Shown: in pieces, positions 31,680-42,650 of the stretch
Numbering within the stretch: position 1 is the first letter of the stretch
How the letters are laid out: every line of letters begins with the position of its first letter
IMG/VR virus record: IMGVR_UViG_3300014204_000111
Coordinates: 64,001 to 128,000 of that record
Length of the DNA stretch: 64,000 bases
Direction: 5' to 3' (one strand)
From: a virus
Lineage: Duplodnaviria > Caudoviricetes
Notes under the pieces: model-generated
Databases searched by the model: none
The model's input: the letters and a program-made list of their open reading frames with translations, nothing else
Told to the model about the DNA's origin: nothing
Program-made: the position numbers and the translations under genes

Positions 31680-32321
31680 ATGAAAACAAAAATTATTAAA
31701 ACTGAAGTGATTGAAACTCTTCATCATATATTTCCTAGTGGCGCAATTATTGAAGAGGTTCGTTCTTCTATTAAAAAGAAATCTCAATATAAAATTATAG
31801 ACGGTACAAAAAGAAATCAATCATATTTTTATATTGACCAAGAAGTATATAAAATGAATTATAATAACCATTATTATGATGATTTTTATAAACTATCTAT
31901 TCCTCCAGAAAAATTGATGTTATTTGATGATATTGATACTTCTAAGTTAATTAATTTTCAGATTATGCAAAATGGATTTCTTTATCCTTTTAATAGTGAT
32001 ATTCCGCTCAATAGACCTATATATATTGGTTGTATTTTTAAAAAACAATATAAACTAAAGAGTCTCAAAGAACATTGGAAGTCCATTATTTCAGATAAAA
32101 TTTTAGAGATTTATATTGTTGAAGATGGTTATGATTATGATGATATTGACAACACTTGTTACAAAGTAACAGTAGTATTATCTGATGATTTCTTTATGGA
32201 GCTATATAATGAAAATAAAGATACTGAATTTTTTGGACATGGTAAACTTAGTGATGTATTAAGATATAATGAAAAAGATTATTTAGGATTTTGTAAATAT
32301 AGCAAGGATGATGATGATTAA
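31680..32321 (+). CDS. Hypothetical protein
   Basis: 213-aa ORF. Confidence 0.6.
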   Translation: MKTKIIKTEVIETLHHIFPSGAIIEEVRSSIKKKSQYKIIDGTKRNQSYFYIDQEVYKMNYNNHYYDDFYKLSIPPEKLMLFDDIDTSKLINFQIMQNGFLYPFNSDIPLNRPIYIGCIFKKQYKLKSLKEHWKSIISDKILEIYIVEDGYDYDDIDNTCYKVTVVLSDDFFMELYNENKDTEFFGHGKLSDVLRYNEKDYLGFCKYSKDDDD

Positions 32322-32464
32322 TGTAATTAAAAGAATTTGTTATTTTCTTAAGATAGTTATCTGGAAAAAATATAAGGAAATTGAGGGATATAAAAGTTAT
32401 CTGGTAACTATAAAAATGGTTAATCGTAACTTTGATGTAATTAAGAATTTTGAAAGGACACAAA

Positions 32465-33226
32465 ATGCAAATATTAAGTAATCAAATTTTATTTAAAGCA
32501 ATTAGTGGAAGTCATCTTTATGGATTAAACGAGGAAGGGTCAGATATAGATTATGAGGGAGTTTATATGCCATCTCCTTCTGCACTTCTAGGTATTCGTG
32601 CTCTTGAAAACGCAAAACATAGTAAGGGTACAGATGTTGATGTTACAATGTATTCTTTGCAGCAATATGGAAAGCTTTTAACAACTTCTAATTTCAAGGC
32701 TCTTGAGACTTTATTTGCTACTGAAGATAAGATTATTCAATGTACACCAGAATTTAGAGCAGCTTTTATAGACCACAAAAAGTTATTTATATCTAATGAT
32801 ATTCTTCAACCTTTACATGGTTTTGCTGTTTCTAATTTTAGTAGAATTGATAAATGTCCTTCTGATACGACCTCTCGTAGAATTTTGTTTGATAAATTAG
32901 GATATGATTCAAAATATCTTATGCATTGTGTTAGGATTTTAAAAACAGGTGTACATCTAATTACTACGGGTGAATTTAAAGTAGATTGGAGCAATGAAAG
33001 AGAATATTTTTTAGATATCAAGCATGGACGTATTTCTAAACAAAAGGCTTTGCAAGAAGCAGAAGCTTGTAAATCATTAATTCTAACTATAATGCAGCAT
33101 GGTAAAAAGGAAAATTACAATACATATAACTATGTTAATGAACAGGTTATATGTATGAGCAAAAATTGGTTGTTAAATCTAAAGCAAGCGATGACTGATT
33201 TTATGCCTCTTAATTCTGAGCAATAA
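32465..33226 (+). CDS. Pol-beta superfamily nucleotidyltransferase (RlaP/YcgL-like)
   Basis: SGSHLYGL...SDIDYEGVY; GYDSKYLMHCVR; LDIKHG. Confidence 0.85.
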   Translation: MQILSNQILFKAISGSHLYGLNEEGSDIDYEGVYMPSPSALLGIRALENAKHSKGTDVDVTMYSLQQYGKLLTTSNFKALETLFATEDKIIQCTPEFRAAFIDHKKLFISNDILQPLHGFAVSNFSRIDKCPSDTTSRRILFDKLGYDSKYLMHCVRILKTGVHLITTGEFKVDWSNEREYFLDIKHGRISKQKALQEAEACKSLILTIMQHGKKENYNTYNYVNEQVICMSKNWLLNLKQAMTDFMPLNSEQ

Positions 33227-34406
33227 AGGAGATAACTATGTTTTTAGTTTTTGTTGGCTTACTCTTTGCAGGTGTTATAGGTGCTGTTATAGCCTATGGT
33301 ATTCATGTCTTTGGCTCTTCAATTCAATATAGGTACGAAATATGGGAATATGAAGAGGAAGGATATGGAAGATTTTGGGTTCCAATGATAATTAATTATC
33401 GTCTATGGAAATCTGGAGAAACCGAAGAATGTAATAAAAATGGTTATGAATGGCTGGGGTTATTTAATTTTTCTGATAAAGATAAGATTATTGCCTCTTC
33501 AGCAGCAGATAGTCATCTTTGTGGTGGTATTATTATTTATTGGATTGATGAAGTGCCTCGTCTTAGTGAACAGCAAGCTATTGACAAAATTCATCAATAT
33601 ATCAAACAGGAACAAGATGATTATAACCATCAACATCCTAAGTTTATTTCAAAAAAGGTGATTTAAATGTGGCCTTTTAAAAGCAAGAAGAAAGATTCGA
33701 TATTACCAGATTATTCTATCAATAAGTTATTCGCTCAGATTGAGAAAGAGATGGATAAATACGAGATTATTATAGAGACTTTTAATGATGGTCGAGTACA
33801 ATTTTATTATACACACAATGGAAGTGGTTATGTATGGGGAGAGGATGAGCCAGAGAAAAGAAGAGTCAAAGGACAATCTTGTAGATGGACGGATAAAAAC
33901 GAAATGCTGGAAGATTTGAGGCAAACTATTATTAAAGCATTAAAAGGTCAATTTTCTGAGGTTAAATTATCTTCAGTGGCAGCAAAAGAGAATATTGATT
34001 ATATTCTTGGTAATATAGAATGTCAGGATAGATGTAAAATGATTGAAGGATATGTTAGAGAATTATGTTGTTCTAAGCTTGGAGCAGATGCTTTTAAAGA
34101 AGCATCAAGTGAGTAAAGAGCGTTTTCAAGGCTCTTTTTTATATGAAATTGATATTAGTTATTAATAACAAAGGAGAAATAGAAAATGTTTGGGATTATT
34201 TTTATTTCTATTTTATACTGTCTCGGAGTATATCTATGTTTATATTCATTATATACTTCTTTTAATCAAGTATCGTTGATTTCTTTTATAGTAGCATTAT
34301 TTTGGCCTCTATCTTTGATAGTTGGGATGATTATATTATTAATTTTGAAATTAAATAAATCCAGCAATTCTGTTTGAACAACGAAGCAGAGGGTATAATA
34401 AGTCAT

Positions 34407-34523
34407 GGGCGAGGGTTTGGAATCACCAGCGGAAGAGCGGAACGGATTCGACTTCCGTATACTCCATCACGGGGTATAACCGGGTTCAGCACCGCCAAGT
34501 GGGTTCGATTCCCATCTTGTCCA
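34407..34523 (+). ncRNA. 117-nt RNA with two G3:U70 acceptor/T-arm modules (tmRNA tRNA-like-domain mimic)
   Basis: Outer GGGCGAG/CTTGTCC-A with T arm GTGGG-TTCGATT-CCCAT; inner T arm ACGGA-TTCGACT-TCCGT followed by ATACTCC-ATCAC-GGGGTAT; own promoter. Confidence 0.75.
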
Positions 34524-35256
34524 TTTATAGGAGATATAAATGTATATTCAAAATCGTCTTTTTGATACAATGAAAATGAGGACTATAACTAAACGAATAG
34601 TATTGCAATTAGCATATAAAGATTTTATTGCACGTTTTCGTTTGAGGTCTAGAGTTGGTCTTTCTTACAAAGTATATTACAAGGGTATTTGTATTGGAGA
34701 AGGAGACCAAAATGGATATTCAAGTAAGTTAACTTATAAGAATCATACAAGTCATCCTCTTGCTGATGAGTTAATTAAAATTCAAGATACATGTTGTGAT
34801 AAATGTTATTATCAATATAATATTGAGGTCTGGAATGGCAAATAATCCTTTAACGAATTATATTCATCAACTTAGCGATGTCAATGATAATTTTACAACT
34901 ACTCATATAGTTACTTATACAGGTACTCCTGAACAAATTTTTTTTGAAAGAATGAAAGAGGAATTAATGAAGAGACCTGAAGTTTCTTCTTCTAAAGAAG
35001 ATGAAGATTTCAAGTTGTATTGTTGTGGAATGGATATTAACTATCGTCTAAATAAAAAGAATTTTATGGTTTTTGATATTTGGAGTAATGATTATAAATT
35101 TTACTCTATCTATGTCAATTATACAGATAAAGAAATTGCAGATTGTAAAATAAAGATTTTTTGTAAGAATGATATCTGTGGTACATTCTTTTTGATTAAT
35201 GATTTTTTGGCTATTCTTAATGATTGTTTGGAAGTAATTAATTCAGAGGTGACAAA

Positions 35257-35454
35257 ATGATTAAAGTTTCAGAAGCCGTCTATAATGGTCTTGTTGCTGT
35301 CCGTGATTCTGGTGAAACTAATATGATAGATTATCAGACAGTTATGGAGTTAGCTCTTGATTATGGGTATACAGAAACAGTTGATTGGATGGAAGGCCAT
35401 AAGAGTGAGTATGCTAAAGGTATTTTTGAAGGTTTTGAAATAGGAGAAGAATAA
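35257..35454 (+). CDS. DUF5049-like protein
   Basis: AVRDSGETNM.D...V..LA...GY.E.V.W....K.EY..GI. Confidence 0.75.
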   Translation: MIKVSEAVYNGLVAVRDSGETNMIDYQTVMELALDYGYTETVDWMEGHKSEYAKGIFEGFEIGEE

Positions 35455-36313
35455 ATGAATATTAAGAAGTTTTTAGCAATTACACTTGCTTACATGGCAG
35501 GAATGTTGACTTTTCTTTTATTTATGCCACCTTTTCATTGGTGGAGTGTTTTTACAGTTATCGCAATTGCTCTTAACTTATGGATGTCGTCTGATGATAT
35601 TGAGCGCTATGTTCAAGATAGGATGAAGAGCAAAGAATGAGTTACTATAAGTATTATAAGTATTTTGGTGTGTTATTTGGAATGAGTGCTGGAGTATTGT
35701 TTTTGTGTTTATTGGTAGCTCCATTTAACATTATATTTTATCTTTCATTCGCTCTTTATATTTTCCTAGCATTAAATTGTATTGATGAATATGCTAACAA
35801 AAGAATTAGTGGTAAAAAATGAAAAGTTTAAAAAATTATTCTTTAAATGAGCTTCAGCATTTTGCTTGTCTTGCTGCACGGGGATATATGGCCTCTCCTA
35901 GTGGAAAAGATATATGGGATATTTGTATTCAAGATACTCCTCCTCTTTTTCTTAAAATGGATAAGGCTAATTATGAGTATTTTGAAGAAATGGTCTCTTT
36001 TCTATATCGTGGTGAAAAGTTAAAATTATATTTAGATGCAGTAATTACTGAGCTTGATACAATAAAGCATTATAAAGGATATAGACATTTTGATAATAAG
36101 TCTTTGTCTCTTAAGCTTCTTAAGTTAGAAGAGAAAGCTAGGATTATGCGTCACAAATTGAAAGTAGATGTAGAATGCTAAAGTTTTAAAAAGGATAAGA
36201 AATGAAGATAGCAAAATATAGAAAAGATGGAGATACAAATGAATGGTATTATTTATGCCTCTCCCGTGATTGGCTCAGACGGAACAGTATATATTACAAG
36301 TATGGATGGAAAG

Positions 36314-36817
36314 TTATATGCTTTCGGAGATTAGAAGAGAAATAACTCCTGCTTCAACAAGTCTATGACAATTAGCACATAAAAGAACGCATTTTTTAAG
36401 TTCTTCAAAAAGAATATCTAATGACTTTCTATGCATAGAATCTGCTATGGCAAAAGATTTGGTTGAAGGGTCAATATGATGACAATCGAAAATTCTAGTA
36501 TTAATACCATCGTGTTTAATACCACAATGAACACATATTCCACCTAATTTTTCAACAATTTTTTGTTGTTTGAGTTTGTAATGCTTTCTTTTTGTAAGAG
36601 AAATATTTTGAGAATGATGTTGACGATATGCTTTTTGTTTTTCTTGTTTTTCTTGAGAGGAGATATATTTTCTACCAGAATGACCTCTTATATATTGTCT
36701 AGGTTTGCCATTGGCTCCCATTTGTGAAATAAGGTTCCCACAACCACACGCGCACTCAATTATTGGAGATTGAGCCTGTCTTTCTTTCATTTTAGTTTTT
36801 CTTTGTTGATTACTCAT
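36314..36817 (-). CDS. HNH endonuclease
   Basis: CACGCG N-terminus; LGGICVHCG..FDCHHIDP..K.F...KCVLLCANCHRLVE. Confidence 0.9.
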   Translation of the reverse strand: MSNQQRKTKMKERQAQSPIIECACGCGNLISQMGANGKPRQYIRGHSGRKYISSQEKQEKQKAYRQHHSQNISLTKRKHYKLKQQKIVEKLGGICVHCGIKHDGINTRIFDCHHIDPSTKSFAIADSMHRKSLDILFEELKKCVLLCANCHRLVEAGVISLLISESI

Positions 36818-36930
36818 AATATTATTTACCCAATTATTCTACTATTCCGAAAATTACGGAATTGTTTCTTTTCTTGTCAAGGTTAAATTTTGGTAAAATG
36901 TTTGAAATCCTGTGGTCTGGGTATAATATA

Positions 36931-37030
36931 GGGCAAGAGAGGAACAGGTTCGAGTCCTGGCCTGCGGACGAGAGAAGCGATTCTTTCTATCCGTGGTGTA
37001 AGGTAGTTTAAACGGTGAACACTCTTGCTT
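36931..37030 (+). ncRNA. Circularly permuted tRNA-like RNA
   Basis: GGGCAAGAG/CTCTTGCTT terminal stem; T arm CAGG-TTCGAGT-CCTG first; closed acceptor hairpin; D arm TA-GTTT-AAACGGT-GAAC last. Confidence 0.85.
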
Positions 37031-37050
37031 TAAATTTTGTGAGGTGCAAC

Positions 37051-37329
37051 ATGGACGAACATATCAAGAATTTTATTAACAATGCGTCTGAGCAAGAATG
37101 TGCTGTGCTTTCACTTATGATTTATGAGCGTAAGCGTTATCTTATTTCTAAAAGAGGATTAGAGGTTCTTTCTGAATTAAGAATAGGTAGTAAAGTTACA
37201 TTTAATGGTAATCAAGGCCAAGTATTTACAGGTAATATTACTAAAATTAATCGTAAAACCGCTAATGTTCATACTACGATAGGTCAAAATTGGAATGTTG
37301 CTCTGTCTTTGCTAAAGGTCATTGAATAA
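37051..37329 (+). CDS. Small SH3/KOW-like phage protein
   Basis: IGSKVTF...GNITKINRKTANV...WNVALSLL. Confidence 0.6.
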   Translation: MDEHIKNFINNASEQECAVLSLMIYERKRYLISKRGLEVLSELRIGSKVTFNGNQGQVFTGNITKINRKTANVHTTIGQNWNVALSLLKVIE

Positions 37330-38114
37330 TGACAAAGTATGCTGTTATTAAAGAACCAAATCCTTATGCTTGGAGTTCTGGTTGCACAGTTTCACTTACT
37401 GATAGTTTAATAGAAGCGAGAAGTTGGTATGATAATGATAAAGAGCTTATGAAAAATGGACATTATGCTTCAGTAAGTCTGGTAGAGCTTATAGTTATTG
37501 AAGAAGAAGATTGTCCTAATGCAATATTACAAGATAATGGTTCCCAAGATTAGGAGATAATATGTTATTATTTTTTGGTTGTTTATTTTTGTTAATTGGT
37601 ATTAGTGGTTTTATTCTTATGAAGATAAATCATAAAAATAAGAGTATATCTATCAGTATAATGCCTAAAATTGAAGAGGTTGATGGCAGGTTTCATATTA
37701 CCCATACAGATGGAACAGACAAGTGGTGTAATACCAAACAAGAAGCAAGAGATTTTTGCGATATGAAAGCCATTGAATGTTTGGATAAAATTAAGGCTGC
37801 ATTAACTAATTTACAGGATGATAAAAAATGAGAATGTTGGTGGTGATAGAGAATAGTTGGTCAGGACTTAAAGTTAAGTTAGTTTGTGATATTAATGATA
37901 TAAATATTGTTACAAAATATCGTGACAAAATAAAACATAATGTAAATAAAGATTATTTACCAATATGTATGCAATCATTTAATAATATATTAGCTAAAGC
38001 AAAAACATACAAACTTAAACCTGGAGAATGTAGAAAAATACAGTTAGCAAGTGGAGATAGACAATTTTTTGTAACAGAAGTTAATGTTTATAATATAAAT
38101 ATGGATATTGAATT

Positions 38115-38600
38115 ATGATTAAAGTTGGAATTGCACCTTATTTAGAATGTAGTTCAAGAGGAAATAAATGCTTTTCTGCTTTTTATGCCAGGATTAAAAA
38201 GAGAAATAACTCTTCTATTGAAGAGATATATCAAGCATCTAAAGTTTTTGAAGATGGTTCAACAAACCTGAATATAGCAGAGGCCAGAGGAAAGGTCGCA
38301 ATAAATCAAGAAGAATGCTCTTTATTATATTCAATGCTTTGGGAAGAATACATTGCAGAGAATCCAGATTTAATTGAAATTTTAATTAATGCTACTGGTC
38401 TTTCAGATATGTATGGTCAGGAAGGCCATTGTTGTCAGGCTCTTGAGCTTTGGAGAATTAGAAATAACTTTATAGAAATAAAGAGTTTAAGTGATGATAT
38501 GTTAAAAGCCGCCGAGAGTTCAATGGGGTTTTGGGATAATGAAGAGGATGAAACTTGGGATGAATCTTTTGTGCCTGCTACTAATTGGGGTACTAAATGA
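38115..38600 (+). CDS. NADAR / T4 gp30.3-like protein (tentative)
   Basis: ECSSRG..FSAFYA...IEEIYQASK...LYSMLWEEY..ENPDL. Confidence 0.5.
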   Translation: MIKVGIAPYLECSSRGNKCFSAFYARIKKRNNSSIEEIYQASKVFEDGSTNLNIAEARGKVAINQEECSLLYSMLWEEYIAENPDLIEILINATGLSDMYGQEGHCCQALELWRIRNNFIEIKSLSDDMLKAAESSMGFWDNEEDETWDESFVPATNWGTK

Positions 38601-39082
38601 TTAAAGCACCTTGGACAAATTGGCAACAAGAATCAATTAAAGCATTTCAATTAATGAATTTGCTTCACCCATTTACTTGTGGGAATGATTCATGCAGAGC
38701 AGAACATAAAGAAAGTTTGATAATTAATGATGGACTTCTTTATTGTCCTCATTGTGGATACACTCAGGATTGGGTTCACGAAATTATGGCAAATTGGCAA
38801 TGGATTTTTGTTCATTGCTCTAAAGAAGAGTATAGCCAATTCAAACAAAATTTAAAATGAGAACTAATATACTTAAATTTCATCTTTATTTGATTCGTAG
38901 ACATTTATCATATTTGCGTCGTCCTATTTTATTGAATCATAGAATTGATGATTTATTTTTATTAAGAAGAATAAATGGTCATACTCCTTGGTTTACAATA
39001 GGATGTAATAAAGTATGGAATTATATAAAAGAACTTTCTAAGGAGACGGTTTAGAGTCTGAAATTTTGGGTATAATAAAGTC

Positions 39083-39164
39083 TAGTGCGGAGATTCAGGT
39101 GCAAGTCCTGACTGCCCAGGCGAAAACGCCAGCAGATAGTTTAAGTAGCAGAATACCGCCATTG
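39083..39164 (+). ncRNA. Circularly permuted tRNA-like RNA
   Basis: GCGG/CCGC, AGAT, TCAGG-TGCAAGT-CCTGA, CTGC..GCAG closed acceptor, TA-GTTT..GAAT D arm. Confidence 0.85.
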
Positions 39165-39196
39165 TTTAGTTCTTTATCTTTTTGGGTATAATACAA

Positions 39197-39270
39197 TGCG
39201 GGATAGAGAAGTAGTTACTCGGAAGGCTCATACCCTTCAAACGTGGGTGCAAATCCCACTCCCGCAACCA
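39197..39270 (+). tRNA. tRNA-fMet(CAU)-like
   Basis: TGCGGGA/TCCCGCA-ACCA; GAAGG-CTCATAC-CCTTC; initiator-like D stem. Confidence 0.85.
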
Positions 39271-39507
39271 TTTTGGAGGTTAATTATGAATACTTCGCTA
39301 CTTAAAGAGAAAGTAAAAGAGTTAATCTCTTTATTTGAAGATATTAAGTGTGCTCAGAAAGAATATGAAGAAGAAATGCTTTTCTTATCTCTTTTTGCTG
39401 ATACCTTGAAATGGATGGATGAACATTCTCGTTCTGGAGCAGCAAAACAATTAAAATATATTTTTGAAAAAAGGATTGAAGGAAAGAGTTATTAATTAGT
39501 TTAACAA

Positions 39508-39583
39508 TGAGAGTGTGGTGTAATCAGGTAGCACGCATTTTTTGGAAAAATGGGGCGCAGTTCAAATCTGACACTTTCAACCA
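39508..39583 (+). tRNA. tRNA-Pro(UGG)
   Basis: CATTT-TTTGGAA-AAATG; D arm GTGT..GCAC; ACCA end. Confidence 0.8.
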
Positions 39584-39899
39584 TATTAATAGGAGAAAAA
39601 TGATAAATGAATTTACATTATGTTGGCAGATATGATAATGGAGTTTTTACTGAATCACCTGTAAAAGAAATGTCTAAAGAAATATTTTGTGATGGAATGG
39701 GTAGTCAATGGAATTATACTTTTCGAGATATAGATTTTTTCTTTTATAGACATGGTTTTAAGATAGAAGTAGAAGATGATTTGGCTATTACAAAAATTGG
39801 AGATATCATTTATTATTTCACAATAAGTTAATTTTTGAAAGCTTGTTTGAAGTCCTGTCTATTGGGTATAATAAAGAGTGAAGGAAGGAACTCCTTTAC

Positions 39900-39994
39900 G
39901 AATAGGAGAAGCAGGATTCGATTTCCTGCCATCGCGGATGTGATGTAGTTTAGTCTGGAATACGTCTGCTAGCAAGACAGTAAAACACCTATTT
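39900..39994 (+). ncRNA. Circularly permuted tRNA-like RNA with an expanded D loop
   Basis: ATAGG/CCTAT, GCAGGA-TTCGATT-TCCTGC, CATCGC-GGAT-GTGATG, TA-GTTT...AAAC. Confidence 0.82.
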
Positions 39995-40033
39995 TGAAAA
40001 GCCTGTTTAGAATCCAGTAAAACGGGTATAATA

Positions 40034-40148
40034 GTGTTGTAAAGGTAAAGATGGAAGTTCGAATCTTTTCTAGTGCGTTAAAACCCTGCGGTTCTTGCGG
40101 GGGAGCGTTAGTAGCATAAATGGAATAATGCGTTACTGAATTTGACAC
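40034..40148 (+). ncRNA. Circularly permuted tRNA-like RNA with an extended terminal stem
   Basis: GGTAA/TTACT, AGAT, GGAAG-TTCGAAT-CTTTT, 7-bp CTAGTGC/GCGTTAG acceptor closed by a hairpin, TA-GCAT..ATGC D arm, outer GTGTT/GACAC. Confidence 0.88.
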
Positions 40149-40248
40149 CCGCCACTCGCGGGACATAAGAATGATAAATATGTCATTTCTTTATAAAGAG
40201 GAAACTTCTTTCCTCTAGTTTTAACGGAAGGATTTACAAAGTAAATCC

Positions 40249-41313
40249 TTCCCTCTTGAACCTTGAAAAGTTTGTGTCTAATAAGTTAGAAGAGACGAGT
40301 TGGCTTGCTATTACTGCAAAGCAAGTGAGTGAACCAAAACAGTCTCATATTGAAATATGATAGAGTAAGGAGCTGGACTAAATGTTGCTGCTGGATGCGC
40401 GATATTTAGCCTTACTCATTGTAAGGACGATGTAACGTAGAAAGTACACGTACTCTTTAAGAGATTCGTAGGAAATCTTAGTTTTTCCGTCCAGTTTGAA
40501 AGCAATTGCTGTACCTGACCTGATAGTGGTAGGGGTATGAGGATAGCGAATCATATTTATGGAATCTTACAGATTGACGAATCTATAGGATAAACTATCT
40601 TACGTATGAATTGATTCGTCAATTCAAGAAGCTGCAACTGTTAGGTTGTAGGACTGGTGGGCGTATATAAGATTAAATGCCGCGACCAGTTTGTGATTTT
40701 ATAATCCGAAGAGGATGTCCACCTTCGTTAAAACCTGCGTTGTGTGTTGGCACAGTCAACAGAAAAGCGGACTAATCGTGGTTGACGTTTAAGAGGGCCG
40801 CGACTCTTTATTAACGCGGGTGAAAGCTCTTAAATTGAGAGTGATGGTGAATTATCTTTGGGATAAATTGTGACCATCTAGCGGCCAGCGCTGTGTTGGT
40901 AGATTATCTATCACACTACTGGATTTTAATATATAATTTTTAGTATAATTTTTAGAAAAGATTCTTCTTTGTTTTGCAGTGGCCTTGTCCTAATCTGCTA
41001 GAAGAATCTGTATTTTACTTTGAAAAACTTTAGGATTCAAGTACCTAAGAAACTTAATGTTGTATGATTAGCAACTTCCTAAACGCAAACTTTGAAAATT
41101 TGCAAGAAAAAATAATCAAATGCCATTTCCTTGGCTCACTAATAACTAGATACTTTTAGTGAAAGGAAAGCCATTAGGACGTGTAAGGCTTTAATCTACG
41201 CCCTTAAAAATTGAATCATCGGTCGATTGATGGTGGAAAGACACAAAACCTACCTTTTTTAGAAAGATATTTAAACGGAGGGAAACAACCATCTAAAGAT
41301 AGATGGTTGTTTC
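40249..41313 (+). ncRNA. Large (~1 kb) ornate structured RNA, family unassigned
   Basis: No ORF of 60 aa or more; long-range pairs TTCCCTC/GAGGGAA, TTTGTGTCT/AGACACAAA, TCCAGT/ACTGGA; many hairpins and pseudoknots; 14-bp terminal hairpin. Confidence 0.75.
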
Positions 41314-42650
41314 ATATTATATGAAATTTACCATATGTATTGTATTTGAAATTGAAGAAACTAGTCTTGAAGAAGCTAAGATTAGTGCAGAAGAATACAA
41401 AGAAACATTAGAAGAAGAAAGCAATGGAACAGATTATATTACTCCTGGCTCTTTATCTACTTATGTGACTCAAAAAACTTGTGAGTGTGGAGGAGAAATT
41501 GATTATTATTCTTGGGGAAGAGGAGGAGATTATATCTCCGAAGCTATATGTAAGTCATGTCACAAAGATTTTAATAAGGAATAATATATGTCTAAAAAAG
41601 AGAAGTTAATATATCTTGTGGCTAGAATATATTATGCAGCTAAATGGACAATTACATACAATTCTCTTGACCCATTTAAAGAATTTATTTATACAAGTAT
41701 ATGGGCAATTGATGCTGACCCTAATGGGATTTAAAATATTCTTATTATTAACAGCATGGGAAATGTCTTGTTGTTTTGATTTTTGTAATAGAAAATTAAA
41801 AACAGTTTATTATAAATATAGAGATTTAAATAGACATTGCCCAGGAATGAATATTAAATTAGTGCGTAGGAAAATTTATGAACGTATGCATAACAATCAA
41901 TAATAATATTACTTATGATTATTTTGATAAAAACGATATATATCTGTGGCTTTCTGGAAGGTTTCTATTTACAAAACCAGAAGTGAGACAGAATATAGCA
42001 TATGAAATAATAAATTATGGAAGTTCTGAGTTTTATCATTATAATGACCTTTATCATCATAATGACCATATAATAATAAAAACTACAATGATTAATTGCG
42101 ATTTAGAGATATGAAATGATTAATACAAAAGCTTTGTTTAATATAAGATTTTATGGTTTTTTACATCGTATTATGTATAAATACTTAGTAGCTACTAGAA
42201 TGAGTTGGAATGAAGAAGAAAAAATTAATGATTTTTATAGGAGACATTATCCTATAAGTTGGGGATATGATAGCATAAGTATATCTTACAAGTCTTTCGG
42301 TAGCTTAATTATAGATACTTTAATTATTATATTAGGTCTTATTACATTAATATTTATTAATGTAGAATCATATGATACAAAATAAAGCGTTATAAACATT
42401 ATCAATTTGACCGCAATAATACGATAAGAGCGCAATAATAGAGAATGATATAGAACTATACATAGTGATATATCGTTTTTTATTTACTCTTTATTGAAGG
42501 CTAAGTCTTGCTTAGGAGTCTATTTTACCCTTATAGCTGAAAGCGTAACATTTTAGTTAAATGATAAAAAGAGTATTTTATATATATTTAACACAGCTAG
42601 TGTTTAGAAGCTAAGACTTCGGGTATAATAGACCATTAGGAGATGATTTT

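Noticed and set aside
18999-40166. Track ORFs overlapping tRNAs or tRNA-like RNAs (e.g. 18999-19259, 20427-20636, 34374-34565, 39969-40166, 5' parts of 23809, 31190, 39196)
   Set aside because: Shadow frames over structured RNA genes, without an RBS; where a real gene exists it starts at a downstream ATG.
40423-40458. Group II intron domain V (GAAA...ACACGT)
   Set aside because: No AGC/CGC triad with a properly paired stem, no domain VI and no interrupted gene.
40249-41313. RNase P RNA or full-length tmRNA
   Set aside because: No GAGGAAAGUCC/P4 signature and no terminal acceptor plus T arm.
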